Shown here: piece by piece, positions 9,634 to 20,109 of the stretch | How the letters are laid out: each line of letters opens with the position of its first letter | How positions within the stretch are numbered: the first letter of the stretch is position 1 | From: a virus | Length of the DNA stretch: 64,000 bases | Virus record (IMG/VR): IMGVR_UViG_3300042396_000450 | Coordinates: 1-64,000 of that record | Reading direction: 5' to 3' (one strand) | The notes under the pieces: model-generated | What the model saw: the letters and a program-made list of their open reading frames with translations, nothing else | Told to the model about the DNA's origin: nothing | The model's database searches: none | Translations under genes and position numbers: made by a program

Positions 9634-11349
9634 ATGATTATTGCACAATTCAAAGACTCAGATAACTCCGATAAGAAGAAATCTCAAGTAGGTAAGAAAA
9701 TAGGCGGTGTTGCACTATTAGGTGGATCAGCAGCTATAGGAACTCAATCTATTAGAAGTGGTTTACCTAGAGCATTAGGTGTGCGATTAGAACAACATGG
9801 TACTAGTAAAGCATCCGCTAAAGCTATACTATCTGATTATCCTGAAGCTAAAGGTCGATGGGGTAAATTAAAACCATCATTAGGTGGTGTTAATCCAAAT
9901 GGCTTTATTGTAGGTATGGGGTTTGATAAATACAAGAATGATCCTGTACTGAAACATCTACCTGATGAATATAAAGATGTAATTGCATTCTTTGAAGATA
10001 AAGTTGGTGGTTTTCAAGAACGTGGTAAGCATCATGTATTTATATCAGGTAAAAATGCTAATCATCCTAATTGGAATAAACGTAATAAGTTTAGTTCAGT
10101 AACTGATGTGCTAACTAGAAAGGTTCAAGTTGCTGGTTATCGTGGTACTAAAACTGGTAATATAACCGATGCAGATAGACGTGGTGCTGAGAAGATATTT
10201 AGTTTCCTCGATAGAATTAATTCGTTTTTAACTAAGGTTAGTAAAGGTAAAGTTCCTAACATTAAAGAATCAATGCGAAAGAACTTAATAGATAGTGGAT
10301 TACCTAAATCTGAAGTTGACGATACTATAGCTGAAGTATTTGAAGGTAAACCAACTAATGTTAAACGTGCAATTAAATCAGCTAAACAACTTAAAGCAAT
10401 TGAGAAGATTAGAGATACGGCTTCTGGAGATAAAATACTTAAAGAGTTAGGTTATACACAAGAACCAATAGAAGGTTTTGTTAATTTGAAGAAATATGAA
10501 GTAAATAAATTAGATACTACAAGTTATGACAAATTTTATGAAGAGAAAGCTAAATTAAGTAGAAGTGAACAAAAAAGACTTTTAGATAATCATGATTTAT
10601 ACAATGAAATGCGAGATAAATATAAACAAACGACTTCTACATTAGAAGTAAGAGAAATTGTATATGATGCTGTTAATGACGCTTATGTATCAAGTGCTAT
10701 TAAAGAAGTAGACTTAAATCCTAAATTGAATAAGTTATATAAGCAACAATCTCTAGCTAAAACATTATTAGAATCACCTAAGATAAAAGCACTTGAAAAA
10801 CAAGCAACTAATAACATTGGAATGTACATCGTTAAGAAGCCAATTCAAAACGCACTAGCTCAAGTAACTAAACTACTTAAATCAATTCCAATTGGTATGA
10901 CTGGTTTAGTTGGTTCTACGTTATATGTACCCGGAACTGATGAATACTTTAATGACACTAATAGATTTAAGTTTGATCAAGATGATCCCTTTGGTGAACC
11001 TCCATTTCTCGGTAAAGGTAATGCACTTAAAACTAAAGAGGAAGTTAAGGTATTTAAGAATAGATTAGATGCAACTAAGTCATTACTTAAAGAACAAGGT
11101 AACGGTAACTACTTTAAAGGTGCATCTAAATTAATGGGTGCTAATAAAGGTAGAGTGTTAGCAGGACTTGGAATACTTGGAGTTGGTGGAACTGCTGCTG
11201 GATTACTTGGTGCTAAAGGTATTCAATTATTGAAGTCTGATAAGCCTCGCAATAAACGCAGCAAAGTTAAATCCTATGTTCGTAAAGGTAAGTTAGTTCA
11301 AACATTTGAGAGACTTAATCCCTTCTATAATAAAGATAAACGTAAGTAA
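9634..11349 (+). CDS. basic glycine-zipper family protein with putative HGT-type ADP-ribosyltransferase-like domain
   Basis: QHGTSKASAKAIL...HHVFIS. Paralog of 21607..22404. C-terminal VKSYVRKGKLVQTFER. Confidence 0.55.
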   Translation: MIIAQFKDSDNSDKKKSQVGKKIGGVALLGGSAAIGTQSIRSGLPRALGVRLEQHGTSKASAKAILSDYPEAKGRWGKLKPSLGGVNPNGFIVGMGFDKYKNDPVLKHLPDEYKDVIAFFEDKVGGFQERGKHHVFISGKNANHPNWNKRNKFSSVTDVLTRKVQVAGYRGTKTGNITDADRRGAEKIFSFLDRINSFLTKVSKGKVPNIKESMRKNLIDSGLPKSEVDDTIAEVFEGKPTNVKRAIKSAKQLKAIEKIRDTASGDKILKELGYTQEPIEGFVNLKKYEVNKLDTTSYDKFYEEKAKLSRSEQKRLLDNHDLYNEMRDKYKQTTSTLEVREIVYDAVNDAYVSSAIKEVDLNPKLNKLYKQQSLAKTLLESPKIKALEKQATNNIGMYIVKKPIQNALAQVTKLLKSIPIGMTGLVGSTLYVPGTDEYFNDTNRFKFDQDDPFGEPPFLGKGNALKTKEEVKVFKNRLDATKSLLKEQGNGNYFKGASKLMGANKGRVLAGLGILGVGGTAAGLLGAKGIQLLKSDKPRNKRSKVKSYVRKGKLVQTFERLNPFYNKDKRK

Positions 11350-11354
11350 ATAAT

Positions 11355-12437
11355 ATGCCAAGAACTATAGGATCTAAAGATAAACAGAAACGTAAATCCC
11401 GCAACATACTAGGTACTGTAGCTAAAGTTGGAGCAGGTCTAGTTGGAGCAGGATTAGTTGGTGGTACTATTTATACTGGAGCTAGAATAGGTGCTATTAA
11501 TAAAGGATTACAGCGTAGCAACGTAGATGGTTATGAAGCATTTAAAAATAGTCCTAAGTTTGTTAAGATTGCTTATGGTAAGTTATCTGATTTAAATGAA
11601 AACTTAGCTAAAACTATAGCTAATGATTCTAATAGTCCAATACAAGGACAAGGTAAAACCCTATTAGATAATGCTCGTAGAAATAAACTTAAGATGCGTA
11701 AGGGATTTCTCGAAAGCACTAAGTTAGATCAGAAGATTAATGCACAGAAAGCTGCCATAGCTCATACTAAAACAGGAGATTTAGCTGGACAATCTGATGA
11801 GTTTAAGAAGAGTATTGTTGATAGACAACGTGATGCACGTAAGAAAACAAGAGCAGAAGGTGATTTAACTAGACGTATGCAAGATGAAATTGGTCAGTAT
11901 TTTCAGACTACTTCCAGTGGTACAAGTAATAAAGCTAAGGTTCATCCAATGATATTACGTCCTGGTTATACTACTACACCAAGAATAGGTAAAGCTCCAC
12001 GAAAGAAGTTCCTCGGTTTATTTAACAACTTATCATTAAGTAATATGTTTATTCTATCTGATGTAAATCAATCTAATTATGCTCGTAGACTAGGAAGTAA
12101 AGATAAAAAGAAGAGGAAGGATAGAACACCTTATGAAATTTTTAATGAAGCGCAGAATAAACAAATTAGAAGTATGACACCTGAACAACGTGAAAATCAA
12201 GCTAGAAAGTCAGCATTAATAATGGGCGGTATTGGAACTGGTTATGGTGCAGTAATACATGGTGCGGCTCATGCTGATAGTAACCTCGGTAAAATGATGT
12301 ATGGTTCAATGCAAGGTACTAAAAAGTTAACTGTTCCACTTGCAATTGCAGGTACAGCTATTGGTGCTGGACTTGGTGGTGGATTAAGTTATTACTTAGC
12401 TAAACGTAGACAAAAACAAGCACTTAACTCTAAATAA
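11355..12437 (+). CDS. basic glycine-zipper family protein, two tandem modules
   Basis: MPRTIGSKDKQKRK at the N-terminus; second MFILSD..SNYARRLGSKDKKKRK module from ATG 12045. Confidence 0.65.
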   Translation: MPRTIGSKDKQKRKSRNILGTVAKVGAGLVGAGLVGGTIYTGARIGAINKGLQRSNVDGYEAFKNSPKFVKIAYGKLSDLNENLAKTIANDSNSPIQGQGKTLLDNARRNKLKMRKGFLESTKLDQKINAQKAAIAHTKTGDLAGQSDEFKKSIVDRQRDARKKTRAEGDLTRRMQDEIGQYFQTTSSGTSNKAKVHPMILRPGYTTTPRIGKAPRKKFLGLFNNLSLSNMFILSDVNQSNYARRLGSKDKKKRKDRTPYEIFNEAQNKQIRSMTPEQRENQARKSALIMGGIGTGYGAVIHGAAHADSNLGKMMYGSMQGTKKLTVPLAIAGTAIGAGLGGGLSYYLAKRRQKQALNSK

Positions 12438-12440
12438 ATT

Positions 12441-12872
12441 ATGTACATTTTATCTGACTATTCATTATCAACATTTGCAAGACGATTAGGTTCTAAAGAT
12501 AAGAAACCTCGTAATAAAAGACGTGAGTTACTAACAGTTGGTGGATCTACTTTAGTTGGAAGTGGTTTAGGTTATGGTGCTTATAAATATGGATACAAAC
12601 CTAAAATAAATAAACGTATTAAAACGTTAAATGATTTTGTAGATGAACAACGTAACGTATTAAAGAACCTAGATCGTGTAGAACTTGAAGGTGGTGGTTC
12701 TAATTATAAACTTAGAGATAGTATAGCTAAGAATATAGATGACACTAAAGATTTAATTAAAGGTGTAAAAGGAAGTAAGTTAAGTGGAAAGATAGGTTTA
12801 ACTTTAAGTGGCGGTTTATTAGGAGCTACGTTAGCAGCTAGATATTACAATAATAAAAATAAAACTAAATGA
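12441..12872 (+). CDS. basic glycine-zipper family protein
   Basis: MYILSDYSLSTF-ARRLGSKDKKPR, two Gly-rich helices. Confidence 0.65.
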   Translation: MYILSDYSLSTFARRLGSKDKKPRNKRRELLTVGGSTLVGSGLGYGAYKYGYKPKINKRIKTLNDFVDEQRNVLKNLDRVELEGGGSNYKLRDSIAKNIDDTKDLIKGVKGSKLSGKIGLTLSGGLLGATLAARYYNNKNKTK

Positions 12873-13591
12873 AACAAGTTAAAGTTAAACAATCAGTTCG
12901 TAAAGGTAAGTTAGTACGTGGTTATAATCGTGTACTAACTAAAGTAACGGATAAGTTATTTAAGAGAGATAAGGATGGTAAGAAGAAGTTAACCAATCTT
13001 AGTAAAGGATTAATAGGCGCGACTTCTATAGCAGGTTTATTAACTGCATTTAAATATCGTCGCAACATAGCTCAGTTAAGTGAGAAGATTGTAAATAAGG
13101 TTAGTCCAACTGTTAAAACTATAGTTAATAAAACTGCTAAAACTATAAGTCAACCTATCACTAATACAACTGGTGATATTATGGCAGCTAGTGTAACTGG
13201 TGGAGCTATGACTAGAGACGCTAGACGTAAATACATACGCGAATTAGATAACTTACCAAGTGAAGCAGTTAATATACAACCGTTTACTAAACGTGAAGAT
13301 AGTTTAATTACTAGACGTATTAAACGTAATGATGCAACACTTAATAAACGAGTTAATAATGCACGTGGTAAACTAACTTCAGTTAACTATAATTCAGATA
13401 ATGATCTATATTTAGCTATCAAGACTAATAAAGACTTTAGTTATAAGGGAGCTAGTAATATTGAAGATAGACGTGCAACTCGTAAAGCATTAGCTAAGAA
13501 ACTTAAACAACAGTTAGGAGTTAATCCAGGAACTCCAAATCCAGCAACTCCAGTTAAACGTAAACGTGGTAGACCTAAGAAGTCAACTTAG
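12869..13591 (+). CDS. basic family protein with C-terminal AT-hook
   Basis: VKQSVRKGKLVRGYNR, hydrophobic helix, KRKRGRPKK. Confidence 0.6.
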   Translation: MKQVKVKQSVRKGKLVRGYNRVLTKVTDKLFKRDKDGKKKLTNLSKGLIGATSIAGLLTAFKYRRNIAQLSEKIVNKVSPTVKTIVNKTAKTISQPITNTTGDIMAASVTGGAMTRDARRKYIRELDNLPSEAVNIQPFTKREDSLITRRIKRNDATLNKRVNNARGKLTSVNYNSDNDLYLAIKTNKDFSYKGASNIEDRRATRKALAKKLKQQLGVNPGTPNPATPVKRKRGRPKKST

Positions 13592-14424
13592 TTATTATAT
13601 AGATGTTTAATAATAGGTTTAGTTACATTACTTCTGGTATCTGCATTTGTTAAATAAGCATCTAATCTATGACTATTAACGTTAGGTATTACAACTGAGT
13701 TTGGCGCACGTAACTTCTCGAACCAATCTTTATCACCCATTATATTAAGATCATTCTTAGTTGGTAATAATTTAAAGTCACTTGTTCCAATAGTTGCTAC
13801 TTTAACTTTAATGCCTCGTTTATTTAAAATGTATTGAATATCTCTAGCCATATTACCTCCAGCACTATATCCAACTATACTTATTCGTTTAGTTGGATTT
13901 TTAATGTGCCAACTATAAATCTCTTCAGCTAATTTAATTGACTCATCGTTACGACCTCTGAAGAATGGTTCACTTACTTTTTTAACTAACTTAGGGAAAT
14001 AAGCCGGATCATTCTTATCTATCGTCTGTAATTTAAAGGTGTGATCTAATGATATGAACTGTATATTTTTTCTTACCTTAACAGGCGTTGCTCGTTGTAA
14101 AGCAGTTGTTAATCCTTCAGCTTGTTTTAATACTCCTTCATTTGCAGCAACTCCACCAAATCCACCTATAGTAAATGTAATATCATCAATATTATTCTTT
14201 AATATAATACCCACATTAGGATTAACTTTAATTGACTTAGCTGCTTTATCTAAGTTGCCTATATAACGTCGTTTTAGTAATAGGTAACTAGCAGCAGTTA
14301 GTCCAAGTGTACTTGCAGTAACTATAGTTGCTTTAACTAATGCACTGTCTTGTTTACGTTGGTACTGTTTAACTAGTTTACCTTTCCTTACATACGATTT
14401 AACTTTAACGTCTTGTTTAACCAT
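13588..14424 (-). CDS. alpha/beta-hydrolase (lipase/esterase-like) with family N-terminal module
   Basis: VKSYVRKGKLVKQYQR plus hydrophobic helix. GGFGG, nucleophile elbow GYSAGG, candidate Asp (GDKD) and His (SHRL). Confidence 0.7.
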   Translation of the reverse strand: MVKQDVKVKSYVRKGKLVKQYQRKQDSALVKATIVTASTLGLTAASYLLLKRRYIGNLDKAAKSIKVNPNVGIILKNNIDDITFTIGGFGGVAANEGVLKQAEGLTTALQRATPVKVRKNIQFISLDHTFKLQTIDKNDPAYFPKLVKKVSEPFFRGRNDESIKLAEEIYSWHIKNPTKRISIVGYSAGGNMARDIQYILNKRGIKVKVATIGTSDFKLLPTKNDLNIMGDKDWFEKLRAPNSVVIPNVNSHRLDAYLTNADTRSNVTKPIIKHLYNN

Positions 14425-14636
14425 TAGATGTCACTTAGAAAATAGATTATTTTTTTATTTAATGCTCGACTAAAGTTGCCTAGTCTATCTGCTGCTACAG
14501 AATACTTACCTGTCTCTATCTTACTTAATACACTTCTCTGCATAAATAGTTCCTTAGCTAACTGTTCCTGAGTTAAATTAGCTTCTTGTCTAGCTCGTTT
14601 AATTTTGTTACCGATTAACTTACGTTTATCTATCAT
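14424..14636 (-). CDS. XRE/Cro-C1 helix-turn-helix regulator
   Basis: IKRARQEANLTQEQLAKELFMQRSVLSKIETGK. Confidence 0.9.
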   Translation of the reverse strand: MIDKRKLIGNKIKRARQEANLTQEQLAKELFMQRSVLSKIETGKYSVAADRLGNFSRALNKKIIYFLSDI

Positions 14637-14728
14637 GTGCTTATTAAGAACAATAACCCACTATGTCTATTATATTCACTATTATGAAACATATAGAGCT
14701 AGTAGGAGTTAAATCACAATAAACAAGT

Positions 14729-15952
14729 ATGAATAAATTAGCTTATTTTTCAGCTTCTAATTTAGAAACAATAAGTGAGTCACCTAATAAGGTAATTAAG
14801 AAAGGATTAGTCCTAATTGAAGGTACTCATGTTGACTCTAAGAAGAGAACACATACATTTAGTCCAGCTAGAATACGTGAGATAGTTAGTAACTCTAATG
14901 CGTTATTTGCTAAGACTCGCATTCCAGTATTGATGGATCATAAGAAGGAGCAATCTAGTGTTATTGGAGATGTAGAATCTCAATTTCAATGCACTACTAT
15001 TAATGAAGATAATTTTCCTGGTGCTGATGATAAGGGATTAACTGGTAAGTTAGGTATCTTTGTTAATCAAATCGCAATTAAAAGTGGTGAAGCAATACGT
15101 CAGTTAAATGAAGGATTATTAAACACACTTAGTCCTGGCATTGATGTAGTAAGTAATGCAATACGTGAAATTAGTGCAACACCTAATCCCGCCATTGCTA
15201 ATCTAAGTCTATTTAAACGTGCTGAATTTGAATCAGATGCACTTACATTTGACGACTTAGAGAACAGTGATGATATGTTAGATAAGATTCGTAATCAATA
15301 CGAAGATTTAACTAATAAGTTATGGGAACTAACTGAAACTATTCAGACTATTGATGAACAAGCACTTAACGGTCAGAGTCGTGAAGAAGTACAGTATCAA
15401 GCTATTAATGATTTCGCCACTCGTTTTCTTACGTTGATTGGATCTGGTGAGGAAGAACAAGATCCTATGATGCAGGAAGCTAATGGTGGATCTTATCCGA
15501 ACCAAGTGCAAGGTTATCAAGCTCAAGGTCAACAACAGAATTGGGGTATGCCTCCTAATGATCCTAACGCTCGTTATGCTAGTGGATTACCTATTGCAGC
15601 ATTTAGTATGGCTGAGATGGAAGCAGTTAATCGTGCTGAGTTCGGGTTGCTCCGCGAAAGCATTGATGGTGTTAAGAATTTAGGTAAACGTGTTATTAAT
15701 CGCGTTAGTAAAGATGCAGATGATGTTAAACAATCATTTGTTAATAAAGTTGCACAGCAGAAACAAGTTAAAGCTGGAAGATTACGTAAATACGGATCTG
15801 CAACTTATCAAGCTGGTAAAACTGCATTGAAGACTAAAACTGGTAAAGGTTTAGCTATCGGTACTGGTGCATTAGTTGGAACTGGATTAGCTGTTGGAGC
15901 ATACCGCGGATTAAGTGGTAAGAAACAAACTGTAATAAATAACTATAACTAA
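14729..15952 (+). CDS. prohead (capsid maturation) protease with C-terminal extension
   Basis: PVLMDH, LSPGI, EISATPNPAI resemble Mu-like/HK97-type proteases. Lies upstream of scaffold, decoration and MCP genes. Confidence 0.7.
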   Translation: MNKLAYFSASNLETISESPNKVIKKGLVLIEGTHVDSKKRTHTFSPARIREIVSNSNALFAKTRIPVLMDHKKEQSSVIGDVESQFQCTTINEDNFPGADDKGLTGKLGIFVNQIAIKSGEAIRQLNEGLLNTLSPGIDVVSNAIREISATPNPAIANLSLFKRAEFESDALTFDDLENSDDMLDKIRNQYEDLTNKLWELTETIQTIDEQALNGQSREEVQYQAINDFATRFLTLIGSGEEEQDPMMQEANGGSYPNQVQGYQAQGQQQNWGMPPNDPNARYASGLPIAAFSMAEMEAVNRAEFGLLRESIDGVKNLGKRVINRVSKDADDVKQSFVNKVAQQKQVKAGRLRKYGSATYQAGKTALKTKTGKGLAIGTGALVGTGLAVGAYRGLSGKKQTVINNYN

Positions 15953-15957
15953 CGTCT

Positions 15958-16587
15958 ATGAATTATACAAATCGTCCTATTGCTGCCTATACGATGGCAG
16001 AATTTGAATCATTAACTAGCGACAACGCTGATTTTGCTAGAGGTAGAGGTAAGGATAAGAAGAAACGTAAATCTCGTGCTGGTTTATATGCTGGTATTGG
16101 TGCTGGTGCAGTTGGATTAGCTGGACTTGGAGCTGCTGGTATGAGATATGGTGGTGCTGAACTATCTAGACGTAAACAATTAGATAAGTTACGTAAAGCG
16201 CGTGTAGGATCTGATGATATTTCATCTCTTGGTGATGAAATGGCTGGACGTGGAGCTAGAGGTAGATTTGATAGTGATATGAAAGCTGTTGGTAAGAAAT
16301 CTCAACAATTTGGTGATTGGATGGGTAATCCTATTAATAAAGCTAAAGCTGCTTATGACTCATCTGATATTGGTGCTAACGTTCCTTACTCTAATTTAAA
16401 ATCTAAGAAATCTGTAATTGGTTCTACTGGTAGTATAGGTAATCGTGCTAGACAAACTGTTGAAGCTGCTCGTAATGTACTTGGAACTCGTGCTGGTAAA
16501 ATCGGACTTGGTGCTTTAGCTGCTGGAACTGTTGCTGGTGCTGGTTATGGTATTTACAAAGCTATGAAGAAAGGTAAGAAAAAATAA
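15958..16587 (+). CDS. basic glycine-zipper family protein
   Basis: PIAAYTMAEF...NADF-ARGRGKDKKKRKSR, two Gly-rich helices. Confidence 0.65.
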   Translation: MNYTNRPIAAYTMAEFESLTSDNADFARGRGKDKKKRKSRAGLYAGIGAGAVGLAGLGAAGMRYGGAELSRRKQLDKLRKARVGSDDISSLGDEMAGRGARGRFDSDMKAVGKKSQQFGDWMGNPINKAKAAYDSSDIGANVPYSNLKSKKSVIGSTGSIGNRARQTVEAARNVLGTRAGKIGLGALAAGTVAGAGYGIYKAMKKGKKK

Positions 16588-16868
16588 TGCAGTTATTATC
16601 TGACTACCGAATAGCTGATTTCGCTAGGACTCCTGGTAGTAAGGATAAGAAACCTCGCAAGTTTAGCTTACGTAAATTAGGTAGAGCTACATTAACTAGT
16701 GAAGCTGCTAGTGGTGCAGCTAATGGAGCGCAAATCGGTGGAGTCTTAGGTTTAATATCTAGTAACCCTAAAAATACATTTCGTAGAACATTAAGAGGTA
16801 GTGCTGCTGGATTAGCCATTGGTACAGGACTCGGTATAAGACACGCATATAAACAACAAAACAAATAA
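16587..16868 (+). CDS. basic glycine-zipper family protein
   Basis: MQLLSDYRIADF-ARTPGSKDKKPRK, GxxxG helices. Confidence 0.65.
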   Translation: MQLLSDYRIADFARTPGSKDKKPRKFSLRKLGRATLTSEAASGAANGAQIGGVLGLISSNPKNTFRRTLRGSAAGLAIGTGLGIRHAYKQQNK

Positions 16869-16880
16869 CTAAGACGTATT

Positions 16881-17792
16881 ATGAACGAAGCTATTGAATA
16901 TCACAATCAACTATTTGCGGATTTAGTTGAGAATCTACAAAATGCAGTTGCCGCTGGTGTGATGTTGAAGGACGAATATAAGCAACACATGACTCAAGCA
17001 TATCTCGACCTACAAGAACGCATTGCTGCTGAATTAGAAATTGATGAAGAAGATATCTATGATGTAGTTGGTGAAGCTGCTTACTCTACTGGTGATGAAG
17101 TTGCCGAATTTAGTGTAGGTAGTGAATATGGTGCAGCGTTACTTGAACTTGGCGAAGCTGCTGGTTATGATGACATTGAGGAATATCTAATTGATCTCAG
17201 TGATGCTCTAGAATGTAATCCTGATGTATTACTTGGTATCATTGAAGGTGAAATTGCTCCTACTGATAATCTCTCATTAGCACTATCTGAAGTTCTCGGA
17301 CTTGATGAAGCTACTGAAAATCAACTATTAGTTATGGGTATTGAAAGTCGTGGTGAAGACATCAATGATTACTTAGATACGAATGAAGAATTAGATGAAG
17401 AAGACCAGGAAGCTGACTATGCTACATACCAGAACAGTGAGTTCGCCGAATTTAAACGCAACACTGAGATTAAAGAAGCTCTAGCTGATGTAGCTGAACG
17501 TGCTTACGCTCTTGTAGAAGCTGGTAAGATGACTCCATTTGCAGTTCAATCTCTACTGGGTAACTTCAGTGCTAATGAACGTATCGCGGCATTTAGTACC
17601 GTGTGTGCTGAGAACGAAGTTGATCCTGCAACTCAACTCTATGCAATGAATACTGTACTTGAAATCTTCGACCGTATGCCAGCTATGGAAATGGGATTCT
17701 TCGCTGAGGAAGTTCTTGATGAAGAAGAATTAGATGAAGAAGCTGATTTGAGTTCTATTGCTGCTAACTACATTAAAAAATATCGTTCATAA
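16881..17792 (+). CDS. putative capsid scaffolding protein
   Basis: Very acidic and helical, between protease and decoration/MCP genes. Repeated AEF/AAF motifs. Confidence 0.55.
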   Translation: MNEAIEYHNQLFADLVENLQNAVAAGVMLKDEYKQHMTQAYLDLQERIAAELEIDEEDIYDVVGEAAYSTGDEVAEFSVGSEYGAALLELGEAAGYDDIEEYLIDLSDALECNPDVLLGIIEGEIAPTDNLSLALSEVLGLDEATENQLLVMGIESRGEDINDYLDTNEELDEEDQEADYATYQNSEFAEFKRNTEIKEALADVAERAYALVEAGKMTPFAVQSLLGNFSANERIAAFSTVCAENEVDPATQLYAMNTVLEIFDRMPAMEMGFFAEEVLDEEELDEEADLSSIAANYIKKYRS

Positions 17793-17795
17793 ACT

Positions 17796-18650
17796 ATGCC
17801 TTATTTCAATCAATCTCAAACGTTTCTAGTTGATCCTGCCATTCTCGCATTCAGTGATGGTAATCATCCTAATGTGTCGGCAACTGTGCAGAATACTTAC
17901 ATTAGTCTTAATACTGAAGCTCGCAAACAAGTTCCTGCTGGACTATTTGTTGCTCAAGTAGGTAACGTACTGCGCTTCCTACCTCGTACTAAGTTAACTG
18001 CTGTAACTGCTACTGGTGCTGCAACTGTAACTGCATCTCCAACTAATATCTTTGTTGCTGGTGATGTATTAACTGTAGTTGAACCATATTCTACGCTAAC
18101 TATCACTACTGTAACTGCTGCTCAAACTGTAACTGTTACTGTAGAAGGTTTAACTGCAACTGCAACTGCAACAACTAACAATACTACAACTACTGCTAGT
18201 GAAGTTGCTACTGCTATTAATGCTACTGCTGGATTATCTGATTTAGTTCGTGCAGCATCTATTACTAACAAGGTATTTATCTTTGCAGTTGATGGACTTA
18301 CTAACCGCGCCATTACAACTGCTGGTACTGTAACTAGTGCTGCATTATCTAGTGCAACTCTAGTTCCTAATGCAACTGCTGTTGGTACTATTGCATTTAT
18401 TGATTACACAACTGGTGTTATTACATTAACTGGTAACGCAAGTGTAGCTCTACCTATTGGTACTAATATCGGTGTTAGAGTTAATGCAATTGTAGGACTT
18501 CATGTTCATGCAGTTGATTATACTGTTGCAACAGCTAAGGATCTAGCTCTCTATACTATTGCTAATGGTGTTCGTATCCAGTATCTACCATACTTCGATG
18601 GTGATATTGCTAGACGATTCCCTAGCATCAATTTCGCTTACAAATTCTAA
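17796..18650 (+). CDS. head decoration protein with Thr/Ala-rich insertion
   Basis: Immediately before MCP. RKQVPAGLFVA resembles decoration-protein N-termini. Confidence 0.6.
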   Translation: MPYFNQSQTFLVDPAILAFSDGNHPNVSATVQNTYISLNTEARKQVPAGLFVAQVGNVLRFLPRTKLTAVTATGAATVTASPTNIFVAGDVLTVVEPYSTLTITTVTAAQTVTVTVEGLTATATATTNNTTTTASEVATAINATAGLSDLVRAASITNKVFIFAVDGLTNRAITTAGTVTSAALSSATLVPNATAVGTIAFIDYTTGVITLTGNASVALPIGTNIGVRVNAIVGLHVHAVDYTVATAKDLALYTIANGVRIQYLPYFDGDIARRFPSINFAYKF

Positions 18651-18720
18651 CTAACCGGGCGTTAATGACGTATGTTAATGATGTATGTTATCGCGCCCAC
18701 TATCCTACTTTTTTCTTACT

Positions 18721-19844
18721 ATGGGTTCAGTTTCTAATTTTCTTACCGATAAGTTGCAAGCTAAAGTTGCCGAAACTCTAGTAGACGATACTATTGCTCG
18801 TCTGCGTCAGAGAACTAAACTTATTGATCAATTCATGCCTATTAAGACGTATGAGGACGATGAGTTCCTAGCATACGTAAGTGAACGTCTCACACCAGTT
18901 GCGAACTTTATTGCTGCTGGTGCTGAACCTCCAGTTATCTCTCATGGTGGTTTCCGTCGAGTAATCGGTGAACTAGCTAAGTTAGGTAATAGCTATTCAT
19001 TCGATGAAGTAACTCAGAAACAGATGCGTAAGGCAATGGAAGAAGCTGCCTATAAACGCGCTAGTGTTATGACCATGAAGTTAACTGATAACTCCGTCAT
19101 TAAGGGTACTAACGATATGCTCGTTAAGTATCTCTATGGTCACATTGAGGGGATCGTCCAATCTCATGCTGATAGACTTACTAGCATGGCTTGGCAAGTT
19201 GTTCAGACTGGTCAATTGAGTGTATCTGATGCAATTACTAAGGTTGCATGGACAATTGATTTCCGTCGTCCTGGTGCTAGTTATAACCACTTCCCTGATG
19301 CTCTTGTTGCTACTGGTAACACTGCATCTCCTAAGTTGAACAAGTGGACTGACTACGCTAATGCTGATGGTATCGCTAACTTAGAAGATGCTGTAACTAC
19401 TTATGTCAATACTAATGGTTACAAGCCTGATCTCATCGTAATGAGTAATACTGCATTGCGTGATCTTCAGAAACAAGCATCTACTATTGCTCGTGCTAGA
19501 CAATCAGTTGGATTTGCACAAGTAGGTTCTGTTAGCTTCCCAATGTTACAAGAGGTAATGGCTTCTAATAACCTACCTCCTATTAAGGATTATGATGAGT
19601 TCTATCAAGTAGATAATACCTACTCTGGTAATACTAATACTATTGATAGCTACATCAGTAATGCTCGATTCCTTAATGAGAATTGCTTCGTATTCCTCAA
19701 GGATGGAATGGGTGAGCAAGCTATTGGTACTCCTGAAGAACAGAAAGTTGTTAAAGATGGTGTATTAACAGGTACTGAATCTCCTGTAATGGTACGTGTT
19801 TATGAGAAGACAACTGTGCCTATCAACGATGTTTTGCAAGCGAT
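18721..19844 (+). CDS. major capsid protein, exon 1
   Basis: HK97-fold-like motifs (TPVANFIAAGAEPP, GYKPDLIVMSN). Interrupted by a group I intron inside codon 375. Confidence 0.8.
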
Positions 19845-20109
19845 TGAAACTTTTTGTAGTCGCCTATTTAAGTAATTAAGTAGTAAAAATTCGGTGAATT
19901 GCTGGAAACTCCAGAAGTGGACAATCAGCAGCCAAGCTTAACCAGGAATGGTTTTGAAGGTTCAACGACTAGGTTTCGAGTCCAGACCGGACAGTAACAA
20001 ACCCACGAGTGCCGAACATCCCAAGTGGATGATGATATAGTCTGAACAGTAGATATAACACATGAAACTACTGATACGTAGGATAAAGAGCTTACGTGGT
20101 AACAAAATG
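19845..20109 (+). ncRNA. group I self-splicing intron (265 nt, no internal ORF)
   Basis: P AATTGCTGGAAA 19897, Q AATCAGCAGCC 19923, R GTTCAACGACTA 19960, S ATGATATAGTC 20032. P3 ttcggt/gccgaa, P8 catcc/ggatg, P1 gcgat/gtcgc with U.G pair, terminal G 20109. Confidence 0.9.

Noticed and set aside
18661-18690. 13-bp tandem repeat gttaatgacgtat/gttaatgatgtat before MCP
   Set aside because: Only about 2.3 copies and no other instance noticed; no function can be supported.
18685-19875. MCP as given in the ORF track (start 18685, stop 19875)
   Set aside because: The upstream ATG lies in a short tandem repeat and would translate the 11-mer motif; ATG 18721 is more plausible. The last codons belong to the intron.
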